From a virus (lineage: Duplodnaviria; Caudoviricetes), in IMG/VR virus record IMGVR_UViG_3300012344_000017, positions 32,001 through 96,000 of that record: 64,000 nt of DNA. One strand, written 5' to 3'. The notes under the pieces are model-generated. The model had not been told where the DNA came from. It saw only the letters and a program-made list of their open reading frames with translations, and did not search any database. Of the stretch, positions 28,801 through 38,218 are shown piece after piece (within the stretch, counting starts at the first letter, position 1; every line of letters begins with the position of its first letter). The position numbers and the translations under genes are program-made.

Positions 28801-29231
28801 CACAATTTTAGTTATACAACGTCTATTAGTTTGTAGATATGGTTAAGTCTGCCACAACTGTAACATCTGCTGTAGAGAAATTTACAGAAGTACCTACAGC
28901 TATTGCTGATGCTGTTGGATTAACAGGAAATAATCCGACTGACATTATTTCGTCTGACTCGAAGTACAAATACTTCCCACGTTGGTAGAGATCGTTAATG
29001 ACAGCCTCTGGGGTCCTCAACAATATACAAACATGGGGATCCAGTAGAGGTAATGACAAAGTAGGTAGATGGTACTTTGATAACACCGTAACTGGTACTG
29101 TATTCAAGATGGGAGGATATACATGGAAAGGTGACGAAGAAAAGAAACGTAGTTCAGGTAATATGCTTGAAATGGCTCCAATGTAGCCAATGCCAAAAAT
29201 GGCGCCTATGGCACCAATGCCTGGATTTTAA
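22863..29231 (+). CDS. Large ejected polyvalent protein (~2122 aa, TAG=Gln) with N-terminal ART-PolyVal-like and zincin domains
   Basis: TAATG overlap. Ten track fragments share frame 3; ends at TAA 29229-29231. FDWFGDW..SKVVDNNGEP..YH, YLNIKNP, FDGIIINNVID, then IHEMLH at ~24243. Confidence 0.82.
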
Positions 29232-29271
29232 ACGCGTACTAAGACATTTCACATAAACTAAACCAAACAAA

Positions 29272-29308
29272 ATAGGGGAGCAATACCGATAAGGTACTGT
29301 TCCCCTAT
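29272..29308. terminator. Hairpin between the convergent late and early blocks, probable bidirectional terminator
   Basis: ATAGGGGAGCAATACC-gataa-GGTACTGTTCCCCTAT, A-rich on the left and T-rich on the right. Confidence 0.75.
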
Positions 29309-29312
29309 GTTG

Positions 29313-29777
29313 TTATATAAGGCTTTCTAAAAAGAGTGGAGCCTCGTCTGCTAACGGCATAGCGTAATCCGTTTCTACAGACAAGGTGCTATTACATAGC
29401 AACAATCTCCCTATATCTGAAGTAAGACCCCAAAACTGCAAAATTCGAGTCCTTTCTTCTAGCGTTGGAGAGATTACTCCATCTTTCATCTTATATATTG
29501 ATGGCGTCATACCGAATTTATACACCATATATGGTATATTATTGCATCGCTTAGTATAAACGCCCTTTAAACTAGCTGATTTAATAAAACGTCGTGCTCT
29601 ATCTATTGATAAAGCATTTCGTACATCGTCATTTACAACGAAGTAGATACTACGATAATCTCCTGGTTTGTCAGGATCTTCCGTATAGACGTCTATAAAC
29701 CCTGACTCGGCAGAGAAATCATCTAGCTTTAAATTCTTTTCAATCAGAGGCATTACTACCTCTGCAAATCTACTCAT
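29313..29777 (-). CDS. Hypothetical protein
   Basis: 154 aa ORF coupled by an ATGA overlap to the upstream nuclease. Confidence 0.7.
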   Translation of the reverse strand: MSRFAEVVMPLIEKNLKLDDFSAESGFIDVYTEDPDKPGDYRSIYFVVNDDVRNALSIDRARRFIKSASLKGVYTKRCNNIPYMVYKFGMTPSIYKMKDGVISPTLEERTRILQFWGLTSDIGRLLLCNSTLSVETDYAMPLADEAPLFLESLI

Positions 29778-30802
29778 AGGTTTAAGGTTTCGCTACCATC
29801 TCCTTCATAATATATTCTAGTATGATCCCAGTTTCCTGTTCCCATATGCCAAAGTATATCACTCATCGCATTATCTATATCTACTCCTCTAGCAGAAACT
29901 TGAGCCATGTCAAATTTAAAGACACGTATATCATTGCTACCTGTTGTGTCAATAGCAATAATATAAAACTCAAATCTCCAAAGGCTGGGAGCAAGATTAA
30001 GATTATCAAGATACCAATATACTGCTTCTTGGTAAAAACATAATTGACGACAGTAATCAAATTCTTTCATACTATCTTCAAAATGCCAAAGCTTTCCAGT
30101 AGTCTTAATATCCATTATAGTACATACTTTATTATCCCAATCAAATGTACAACTATCTAATAGTGATTTGCAAGCTATCGGAGTAAGTGCATTGTGATTT
30201 AAAACGTCTGGTATACTATATTCCCAGTTTATCTGAAACTCATGGTATATATGTACACTGCCATGATCTCCTGCTCGACGTAAGAGCTGTCTAGCCAACT
30301 TATGTTCTCCAACATTATGTTGAATAGCTGTAAGTTGGTCTAGATTATATTGGGATATAAGTATCTTATTTGTCTTTAGAGCTTCAATATAATCCTTATA
30401 CTCTACGCTCATTTTAAGCGCCTCTGAGAGGATTTTGTCTTCACTCTTACCAACTATACTATAAGACTTACGATAAGCGTCTGAAAGCTGTTTATTTAGC
30501 TCTATTTCGACGGTATTTATTAAGTTTTCACAGAACTTTTGTGCTTGTGCACTTTTAGGTTTTTCTCCTTCAAATAATACGTAATCATCCCAGAACTGTT
30601 CTGGTTGAAGTAGAAATTCATGAATCATGGTTCCTCTACGTAATTGAGGGAGGTCAAGTCCCTTTTCTTCACCATCTAACATTCTACGAAAAAAGGCTGG
30701 ACCCTTATTTAAGAACCAGCCTATAGCACTATTGCTAACGCGTGTGTTATCTTCGTAATACGGAATGTCATATGACAGTATTTTGTACTCTGGGTAATTC
30801 AT
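29774..30802 (-). CDS. PD-(D/E)xK exonuclease (RecE/ExoVIII-like)
   Basis: GTMIHEFLL, CKSLLD...IMDIKTT, YCRQLCFY motifs. Start placed at the TAATG overlap at 30802. Confidence 0.85.
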   Translation of the reverse strand: MNYPEYKILSYDIPYYEDNTRVSNSAIGWFLNKGPAFFRRMLDGEEKGLDLPQLRRGTMIHEFLLQPEQFWDDYVLFEGEKPKSAQAQKFCENLINTVEIELNKQLSDAYRKSYSIVGKSEDKILSEALKMSVEYKDYIEALKTNKILISQYNLDQLTAIQHNVGEHKLARQLLRRAGDHGSVHIYHEFQINWEYSIPDVLNHNALTPIACKSLLDSCTFDWDNKVCTIMDIKTTGKLWHFEDSMKEFDYCRQLCFYQEAVYWYLDNLNLAPSLWRFEFYIIAIDTTGSNDIRVFKFDMAQVSARGVDIDNAMSDILWHMGTGNWDHTRIYYEGDGSETLNL

Positions 30803-31701
30803 TAGCAACCGCAATCACAACATGTGTCAACATTCTTTAACTTCAAACCTTTTAGTTTGTTGTTCGGACGCGTATGAGGTTTAATAGTACCTCCCTTTGG
30901 AGAAAGGTTCATATCCTCAAACAATTCCTCAAATGTAACAGTAGGATAATCATTAGCTTCCTTTACGAAAGAAATGATGTTATCAAAACTACATACCTGG
31001 AAATTGTCCTTAATAAAGTCTGTCAAGAACTTCGCCTCATTCTTGTTATCAAGACGGTCTTCGAGTACCTCCATAATCAACGATGGTGACATCTCTTCAA
31101 ACTCACGCCAATAACGAATACGAGAACAACGATCAATCAGATATTCAGATATTTCATCTGTGTCATTACAAGTAAACAAAATCATATGCTTACCCTTTGT
31201 GTCAGTGCCGTCAAGAATCTGCAATAAAGCAGAATCGTCGTAATCATCGAGGAGTTTATCAAGTTCATCAAACAAGAAACATACACTTGTATCACCAAGC
31301 TTCTCTACTAGAGTCTTTAGAATCCAAGGGCGAATATTCTTATCAATGTTAATGATTGGAAGACCACTCTTATTAGCTATGACTTTCATCATAACTGTCT
31401 TACCAGAACCTTTCAACCCTGCAAGCATTACACCAGTAAAGCCACTATCAGCCAAATTGTAGCTGTTAATAACCTTATTTACGAATCGATTGTCGCGATC
31501 TGTACAATATACCTTAGAAGGTAAAGAAAGAGCTTCTGTTTCTTCAAGTGTGATCTGATCCGTATAGCGGTCTACTTTAATATTGTAAACTACTCCTGGA
31601 GCTAAATCACACTCAAGACCTTCTGTGTTAAACTTAAAACTTATATTCTTACCTACTTTCAAAAATTTCTTTTCCATATTTACTGATATTAAAATACTCA
31701 A
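30802..31701 (-). CDS. AAA+ ATPase
   Basis: Walker A GLKGSGKT, Walker B FLFDELDK, sensor LFTCN, DRCSR. Confidence 0.9.
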   Translation of the reverse strand: MSILISVNMEKKFLKVGKNISFKFNTEGLECDLAPGVVYNIKVDRYTDQITLEETEALSLPSKVYCTDRDNRFVNKVINSYNLADSGFTGVMLAGLKGSGKTVMMKVIANKSGLPIINIDKNIRPWILKTLVEKLGDTSVCFLFDELDKLLDDYDDSALLQILDGTDTKGKHMILFTCNDTDEISEYLIDRCSRIRYWREFEEMSPSLIMEVLEDRLDNKNEAKFLTDFIKDNFQVCSFDNIISFVKEANDYPTVTFEELFEDMNLSPKGGTIKPHTRPNNKLKGLKLKNVDTCCDCGC

Positions 31702-32084
31702 ATATTGGCTTTAATCTCTTCAATCATCTCATCTACTTGTTTGTGGTTTCTAACAAGATAACACTTCATTTTACTTCTGTGTCGTTTGAGATAATACTTG
31801 AAGAGTTTCCACCGAAGTGGAAAGGAGTCCCCCATAAGACCTTTACATTCTACCATGAATCCTTTTCCGAGGAAATCTGGCAGATATGTAATTGGTCTTA
31901 TTTTTTCTCCTAGATACTCGAATTTGTTTAATAAAGTAAAATGCTTTGGCTCATACTTAACAGGTATACCTGCCTTCATAAAAGCTTCATAAGTATAGCA
32001 TTCGAGCTTACTCCTAAAATGGATACCATACTTATCGACTGCTGTCGCATTTTTTACCTTACCTTTACCACTCTTGCCTATCAT
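31698..32084 (-). CDS. PD-(D/E)xK endonuclease (DUF1064 / T7 endonuclease I-like)
   Basis: FRSKLE...YEP...YLPDF...VECKG. Confidence 0.85.
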   Translation of the reverse strand: MIGKSGKGKVKNATAVDKYGIHFRSKLECYTYEAFMKAGIPVKYEPKHFTLLNKFEYLGEKIRPITYLPDFLGKGFMVECKGLMGDSFPLRWKLFKYYLKRHRSKMKCYLVRNHKQVDEMIEEIKANI

Positions 32085-32379
32085 AAGAAAACTTCTTACC
32101 TCTTATCTTAGAGACAATATTTCCTTCAAAATAGACAATATCACCGTCTGTTACTTTAGTAGAATCACCATGATGAACACATGCACATATATTACCTTCG
32201 TCGCTGTAACTATCCCAGATAGTCATACGCATTTTATTTGGTAAATATATACGCAAGAATCCACCTTTCTGTAATGAGATTCGTTTCGTCAGCTTTTTCG
32301 TCAGCCACTTATGCAATAGAGGAGACATTACTGCACCTCCTAGCACTCCAAGCAGGCATGCTATTACTATATCAATCAT
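32065..32379 (-). CDS. Hypothetical protein with N-terminal TM helix
   Basis: 104 aa; overlaps both neighbours in the operon. Confidence 0.65.
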   Translation of the reverse strand: MIDIVIACLLGVLGGAVMSPLLHKWLTKKLTKRISLQKGGFLRIYLPNKMRMTIWDSYSDEGNICACVHHGDSTKVTDGDIVYFEGNIVSKIRGKKFSYDRQEW

Positions 32380-33343
32380 ACTTCTGTAACGTTTTATGTA
32401 ACCAGTCTTTCATGGTGCTAAATCCGTTGTCACGAACAGCATCTGATAGATCTTTGGCTTTGAATTTTTTGTTAATGAAAAAGGCATCTAATTTGTACTG
32501 TTTGCTATACATCCTTGACTTATGAACTCCTGTAGCATCTCTGTCATATAATATGACAATATGTTTCCATTTAGAACGTAAATACTTGAGTATATCGTCA
32601 GGAATGAATACTGTTTCACTAGCTGCGGCTATAGCGTTAAATCCCATTTCGTAACATACCATGACATCTTTCAATGACTTGGTTATTATGAGTAGATTGC
32701 CACCCTCTTTAGGTAATTCGGCTAATCCCTGTACGTGCCGATTAGTCAGATTGGTACGCCATTTAGTATACTTAGAGGCAAGTGGGCGATAAATCTTAAA
32801 CTTATCATACACCTTGTATGCATACATAGGACTAGTTTCTTTGTAGATACTTCGGACGATACTATTACAAAGAAAGTATTTAATGCTGAATACATTGAAT
32901 TTCTTTAACGTATCTATATGAATGCCAAACTGTTTCCAGTACTGTTTGTCTACATTGGTAAACGACTGCCGAACTATTCCGATATCAGTTTCACCTTTCG
33001 GCTTATCGTACGTATTTGCCCTGCACGATGTGTTAGGGTTTATTCTGCGTACGATACGCAATAATTCTCGTTCTAGCTCTTCTCTTGTCGTTATACCTTT
33101 GTATTCTTTTAGGAACTTTATCGCGTTTCCACAATCACCAGTTCCAAGGTCTTTCCATAGCAGTCCTCCGGTTTTGGATTGAAATATTCCAAATGACGGG
33201 TTTTTGTCTCCAGACCTTAATGGGCTATTCATTAGTTTTCCAACTTTGAATTGTCCAATACAATACGTATAGATGTCTAAATCAGTTAACTTGTCTAATA
33301 TGTCTCTTAATGAAACTGTTATTGCTGTTCTAGTACTATACAT
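32372..33343 (-). CDS. dnaG: DNA primase (crAss-type, TOPRIM)
   Basis: SPLR.GDKNPSF N-terminus, ITKSLKDVM, ILYDRDATG, KDLSD TOPRIM motifs. Confidence 0.9.
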   Translation of the reverse strand: MYSTRTAITVSLRDILDKLTDLDIYTYCIGQFKVGKLMNSPLRSGDKNPSFGIFQSKTGGLLWKDLGTGDCGNAIKFLKEYKGITTREELERELLRIVRRINPNTSCRANTYDKPKGETDIGIVRQSFTNVDKQYWKQFGIHIDTLKKFNVFSIKYFLCNSIVRSIYKETSPMYAYKVYDKFKIYRPLASKYTKWRTNLTNRHVQGLAELPKEGGNLLIITKSLKDVMVCYEMGFNAIAAASETVFIPDDILKYLRSKWKHIVILYDRDATGVHKSRMYSKQYKLDAFFINKKFKAKDLSDAVRDNGFSTMKDWLHKTLQKYD

Positions 33344-33357
33344 AACTTATAAGTTAG

Positions 33358-33405
33358 GGCTAGTTGCGGAATCGAACCGCTTCCGTGCACGGATCCAATC
33401 TAGCC
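33358..33405 (-). ncRNA. Mini tRNA-like element (stem + GG loop + T-arm, no anticodon arm)
   Basis: GGCTAG ATTGG A TCCG-TGCA-CGGA A GCGG-TTCGATT-CCGC AA CTAGCC; ends 14 nt before the primase ATG. Confidence 0.6.
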
Positions 33406-33637
33406 ATATAAAATGAGCAGTTTAATGACATGCTCAGGTCTACGTTGACGGACGTATAGCAGTTTACGGAGATGCTAAGCTCGGGGACTACATTTATACA
33501 TCCCAGATCCAATTTAGGTATGGTTCACCATGAGATTTGACAACTCCAGGAGAACTGGAGTATGCTAATAACTAAGTGATAGCCTATCCTCTCGGACCGG
33601 AGTTTTCTGCACATATTTGTATAAATGAAAATTTTGT

Positions 33638-33737
33638 GACTATGCCAGGAATCGAACCTGGCGGAATGGAAAGAAAAGCAACATGCGCGTAAAACAAAAC
33701 CATTCCTGTCTTGTGTCTCACGACACCCCGACTAGTC
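33638..33737 (-). ncRNA. tRNA-like element with T-arm and long internal hairpin
   Basis: GACTA..GTGTC-GTGA-GACAC..GGAATGG..CCATTCC G CCAGG-TTCGATT-CCTGG CA TAGTC. Confidence 0.55.
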
Positions 33738-33935
33738 TTGTTGGGAGCGTTTCACTCCCAGGGGTAACTGAATTACCTATACTCCACCAACACCTGTTCA
33801 TGGCGATATTACCCTCCCAGGTGTAACCACTTGTCATACAGTTTGACACTCCTGCTATATAAACGGTATAAAAACCATTTACCGGATTTCATACAATCAA
33901 GTAGTATTTCTTTTTCTTCTGATGTATAATCTCCC

Positions 33936-34541
33936 TTAAAACGGAAGGCCTGATGCACCAGAAATATTCTCAGTCTCCGGAGTAACGGTTGGTGGCACGT
34001 TAAGCGGATCGTTGTCCTCCTTGTCAGCGACAACTGGGCGCTCCATAAGATCATTCTTAAAGAGCTTAATCTGAGAATTTGTATTAGACATGTCTTCAAC
34101 GAAGATTCCAAGCTTACTTACTTGAGTATAGCCCTTCTTGTCGTAAATGACCTTCAAACGAAGCTTCTTCTTAGTAGCGATCATAGGGTCAAGCATCTGC
34201 TTTGTCCAGTCGATCATCTCCTTAAATGTAGAAAGCTCTGCATCTGGTCGTTGTGGATAAAAACAATCGAGAATCTGGCAAACTCGTCCAAACTGAGCGT
34301 TATCACGCTTCTGCAAGTCCTCGTCTGTTTTGATATACATTCCCTTTGTATTCTTCCACTCTGTCATAGTAGCTATTTGACCATCCTCGTTCTCAAATAC
34401 AATCTCTAGGAAATCGAGACCCTGAGGAGACTTGTTGCAGTTTACCTCTTTAAGAGTGATATTCTGATTAATGCCTACTGGCATATAACTACTATTATTA
34501 AATTCTTCGTTACTTGTTGTGGCTGTCTTTGTACTAAACAT
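33936..34541 (-). CDS. Putative single-stranded DNA-binding protein
   Basis: Acidic/Pro-rich tail ending GLPF; sits next to the recombinase-like ATPase and primase. Confidence 0.7.
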   Translation of the reverse strand: MFSTKTATTSNEEFNNSSYMPVGINQNITLKEVNCNKSPQGLDFLEIVFENEDGQIATMTEWKNTKGMYIKTDEDLQKRDNAQFGRVCQILDCFYPQRPDAELSTFKEMIDWTKQMLDPMIATKKKLRLKVIYDKKGYTQVSKLGIFVEDMSNTNSQIKLFKNDLMERPVVADKEDNDPLNVPPTVTPETENISGASGLPF

Positions 34542-34630
34542 AATTTCTTTATTTTAATATACGTAATGCTAACATATCCATCTTACTCTCAGCGTAATGC
34601 GCTGTGGACCGAATGAATTTATATAACAAT

Positions 34631-36214
34631 TTACTTAAATATTCTATCCCAATGTGTTGTAATCGTTCCATCTTCGTTGCCTTCTGCAATAACTATATCC
34701 TTACCAGCTATATGTCTAGCACGAGCTTCCATGATGGTATCAGATGTACCACCCTTAAAGGATATGTGGGTTTCATTGCCTTTGCGATAGACGTAGCCTA
34801 CCGCATCGGCTAATCCACATACAATCTTACTTAATTTTCCAACTAAGTCTAGTTCTTTTGCAGACGCCTCAACACCATCCTTTTCGGTTATTGTATCTTT
34901 AACGTGGCCAACGAGAATAAATTCGTCACACAAATCTCGGAACATATCAATCACCTTCTTTACTGCATCTCTTAAATACTTGTAGCCTGCACCGTTAGGT
35001 AAAGTTGTAACGTCGGTACCTTCCCACTTTTTCCCCATAGGGGTTTGGCGATCTTTTGCATTCTATATAGTTCGCAAAGCTATATACGTTCTTTTATAAA
35101 CTGCTGTACGTCACCGTACAGAATAGACTATATCATCTCCTTTTACCTTATGCGGCAGTCAGGAGTTCCGTACTTCCATCACCATTAGCTTGTGATGTAC
35201 TCCCTTTCGGGATAGTCGTTGAACACCTATCAACGTGAGTTTTATAAATTTCTCCAATTTTAGAAAACCATTTATCTATATCAAATTTATTTTTCATAAT
35301 ATTACACATCCCGCAACAAGGAACACAATTATCCAAAGTGTAATCTTTAGATGAATCTATCCTATCTATTCCCATTGCGTTTTCTTTTCCGCAATAAAAA
35401 CATTTCGAAGTTAACATTTTTTCTGCTTCTTCTTTAGATAGAAAAGATTTAACAGTCTTTCCTTTTCTGTTACTATTGTGTGTATATTTTGATATTTGCA
35501 TATTTAGCAATCTTTTTTCTTTCGGATACTTTTTATTAGCTGTTTCAACTTGCAAATCACCTACACAGTTAGTGCATGATTTTGGTATATATTTCTTGTT
35601 AAAAAATCTATCACTTCTAACTACGGATTCAGATCCACATCTCGAACATCTTACCTTAAAATATGTCCTTTTTGATTGCTTTTCTTTATCATAGTCTTCA
35701 TGATCTATACCAATACAAGTTAAGACTCCCCACGTTTTCCCAATATACTTTTCTAAAGTCTCTTGTTTCATAATAAATGCTGCTGATTTTCTTTCCTATT
35801 ATGTTTTATATTGCTATAACGATACAAATGGGAAAGAGGTTTCAGCAATTCACGGAATTTTCTGTAGATATTTCTATCTATAGCTCCATTTTCACAGAGG
35901 GTACAAGCATAGCTCATACAAATATCTTCAAGACGTGTAGCATTGTCGATAGTGATATGTTTGTAGAAATTATGACCTACTTCTTTATTCTTGGCACGAA
36001 TGGCACTAGCAGCTTCTCCTAAGTCATTGATCGTACGACACTGGATGGCCATCGCATCAATAAACGTTGAACCTCCCTCGAGATCAATAATAAGATTATT
36101 GTCTAGCTGTGCAAGACATGAGGTCTTACCAGCTTTAGGAAGTCCATACAAGATTAAATATCTTGGATTTTCAGAGAGTGCTGGAATTTTACTTGTAGGT
36201 AATGTTAAACTCAT
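34631..36214 (-). CDS. AAA-family (Sak4-like) ATPase/recombinase split by a group I intron; exons 36214-35896 and 35052-34631, 246 aa spliced
   Basis: Exon 1 has YGLPKAGKT, IIDLEGG, ITIDNAT. Splicing joins CTC T|AT CGC CAA ACC CCT ATG (TLYRQTPM) in frame with exon 2 (GAGY, ILVGH, ADAVGY). Confidence 0.88.
35053..35895 (-). mobile_element. Group I intron (IA-like), 843 nt
   Basis: Exon ends in U. P1 is CUCU|GU-GAAA-AUGGAG with U.G at the splice site. P: AAUUCCGUGAAUUGCUGAAAC; Q: AAUCAGCAGC; R: GUUCAACGACUA; S: GAUAUAGUCU. Terminal G at 35053. Confidence 0.92.
35148..35771 (-). CDS. Intron-encoded HNH/His-Me finger homing endonuclease
   Basis: CSRCG, CFYCG, GIDRIDSSKDYTLDNCVPCCGMCNIMK. The 3' end runs into the intron core. 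Confidence 0.88.
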   Translation of the reverse strand: MKQETLEKYIGKTWGVLTCIGIDHEDYDKEKQSKRTYFKVRCSRCGSESVVRSDRFFNKKYIPKSCTNCVGDLQVETANKKYPKEKRLLNMQISKYTHNSNRKGKTVKSFLSKEEAEKMLTSKCFYCGKENAMGIDRIDSSKDYTLDNCVPCCGMCNIMKNKFDIDKWFSKIGEIYKTHVDRCSTTIPKGSTSQANGDGSTELLTAA

Positions 36215-36242
36215 GATACTGTGATACTTAAGTTATGTTTTA

Positions 36243-36698
36243 TTAAAGCTTAATGTTAATCTCAATAATAATCTTCTTCTTCTCTGGTGCAAGACTAGAG
36301 ATAAAGTCGAAATTATCGAAATCTGAATAGCTATAGAGGTCTGTACCAATTTGGATCTCATCATCGTAGAAGATGATTGCTGTACCATCAGAAAGACGAT
36401 AGAGCTTACCCAAGGTGATACCCTTAGCCTTCTTCTTGTTGTAACCAGCAAGAATCTTGCAAGCCTTAGTGAACAAATCGTCACCCTTCAGAGACTTGCA
36501 GATATAAGTATTATCAATGTCTGCAAACATAGCGTCAATCAAATTTGCCTCCTTCTCCTTCTTTGTCTTAGTAAACAAATAAGAGTTATTCTTCATTACA
36601 GTATCAAGAATAATATTATCAAGCATCTTTGAATAAATGTTACCATTGTTAGTAGTGTTAGCAGTATTGTTGTTAAACTTAATATCAAATGTTGTCAT
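36243..36698 (-). CDS. Hypothetical protein
   Basis: 151 aa ORF with an AT-rich leader. Confidence 0.75.
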   Translation of the reverse strand: MTTFDIKFNNNTANTTNNGNIYSKMLDNIILDTVMKNNSYLFTKTKKEKEANLIDAMFADIDNTYICKSLKGDDLFTKACKILAGYNKKKAKGITLGKLYRLSDGTAIIFYDDEIQIGTDLYSYSDFDNFDFISSLAPEKKKIIIEINIKL

Positions 36699-36723
36699 AA
36701 TTCAGCCTATATATTTTAAATGC

Positions 36724-37650
36724 TTAGCATTCAATCAAGTTGTTATACGCAAGGTCATTCTGGAATTCAAGTATACAGGGCTTTCCTGCATCTCTATTCT
36801 TAAGCATATGTAAATATACTTTGTTTTGAGTCGGCAAATGACTGGGACCATATTCTTGTATACCAAGTATTTCTGGTCTATGAATAACTATTACGTAGTC
36901 GCTGGCTTGAAATAGTGCGTCAGCGGATGAAATGTCGCTTCTCATCGGATAATGCGACAATGGGTTATTAATTCTTTCTGGAGATTCAATATTTCTATTC
37001 ATTTGCGCTAATTGCACAATGGATGTCATAGGATACTTTTTCGCACTGATAAAAACTCTTTCGAGCTCTTGCATTGTCTCGATCACAGAGCCAATAGGTT
37101 TGGTTAAAAGGGCGTGATCATACATAATGACAAAGTGTTTATTAGTACCTTTAACGTAGGTATGATAGAAATACCTAATAATATCTTCTGCTTCCTTGGG
37201 AGTAGTTGGATTATCTACAAAGTAGATAGGATACTCCTTTAGTTGATTAGATACTTGTACGACTTTTCTGAAGGTATCGTCGTCAAGGTCCGTTTCCGAA
37301 CTATACAAAGTCGAAGTCGTTTTCCTAAGCTTACTAGAAAGCGTTCTTCCAACTTGCCTAAATCCAACCATTTCTAATGAAAAAACCAGAATTACTATTT
37401 CTTCCTCCGGGTTCAGATCAATAATATCGGTACTTATCTCGTTTGCAAAACTCGATTTACCACTTCCTGAAATACCAGCTATGGTGTAAACGGTATTTGG
37501 TTCAATACCTCCCATACATTGCTTATTAAACTTCTTCCATCTAGTCTTAAGAGATACTATAGAGTGATCTCTACGACCAGATATATACGTAATAGCTTCT
37601 TGAGCTACTACGGACATTGGTCGTATAAGATTAGATAAGTTCTGTTCCAT
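36724..37650 (-). CDS. dnaB: Replicative DnaB-like helicase (ATPase domain)
   Basis: AGISGSGKS, FSLEM, QLAQMNR, KNRDA. Confidence 0.9.
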   Translation of the reverse strand: MEQNLSNLIRPMSVVAQEAITYISGRRDHSIVSLKTRWKKFNKQCMGGIEPNTVYTIAGISGSGKSSFANEISTDIIDLNPEEEIVILVFSLEMVGFRQVGRTLSSKLRKTTSTLYSSETDLDDDTFRKVVQVSNQLKEYPIYFVDNPTTPKEAEDIIRYFYHTYVKGTNKHFVIMYDHALLTKPIGSVIETMQELERVFISAKKYPMTSIVQLAQMNRNIESPERINNPLSHYPMRSDISSADALFQASDYVIVIHRPEILGIQEYGPSHLPTQNKVYLHMLKNRDAGKPCILEFQNDLAYNNLIEC

Positions 37651-38197
37651 AAGTTGATTCCTCCTGTTTAGAGTTGTCTTGCATTTCTTCCTCAGATTCT
37701 TCCCACTGATGATCTACTAGCCATCGCCACATCGTCTTCATATAACTCAGTTTACCTTCGTTAGTCTTTTTCTTCATTTCAAAGTCAAGACACTGAATAA
37801 GATGTTGAGCCATAGCTTCGCTTTGTCCAGCGTAAACATTGAACAGATGTCTGCACTTATTCACATTGGCTCTTAGATAGTTTTTAGTACCATCTGGTCG
37901 TAGAACATAAATTGGGTACATCTCGTAGAACAGATCGAAATAGTCCTTTTTAGGGCGAACTATATTATTAAGCGTTTCTGTTGCATGATATGTAATTGAC
38001 TTACCTCTCTCTATCGAGGTAATAAGTCCCTGAGAAATTAAGCTTGATACGTCTTCGTCGCTAACTAGGCTGACAATTTTGCGGACGTCTTGATTGTAAG
38101 TTTTTTGATTCTTATCCAGTACCAAGCTTAGGAATATTAATTGATTTGAGTTTATTCCTGGAATATCCAGGAGTTTTGTGTTTAGTTCAATAATCAT
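37631..38197 (-). CDS. Putative replication initiator / winged-helix protein
   Basis: HTH-like N-terminus, FDLFYEMYP and YMK..RWL motifs; adjacent to the helicase. Confidence 0.55.
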   Translation of the reverse strand: MIIELNTKLLDIPGINSNQLIFLSLVLDKNQKTYNQDVRKIVSLVSDEDVSSLISQGLITSIERGKSITYHATETLNNIVRPKKDYFDLFYEMYPIYVLRPDGTKNYLRANVNKCRHLFNVYAGQSEAMAQHLIQCLDFEMKKKTNEGKLSYMKTMWRWLVDHQWEESEEEMQDNSKQEESTYGTELI

Positions 38198-38218
38198 CTT
38201 ATATACGTAGATAAACGA

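Noticed and set aside
27-29107. Short - strand and off-frame + strand ORFs in the late block
   Set aside because: They are shadows of the long recoded genes and show no motifs.
1-29231. Pseudogenised or error-ridden region with dozens of small ORFs
   Set aside because: The fragments share a frame within each gene and break only at TAG, while true ends are TAA/TGA with overlapping starts. This is recoding, not decay.
35768-36214. A stand-alone 148 aa ATPase plus a separate 135 aa ORF at 34631
   Set aside because: These are two exons of one gene; the tail after ACTL is intron sequence.
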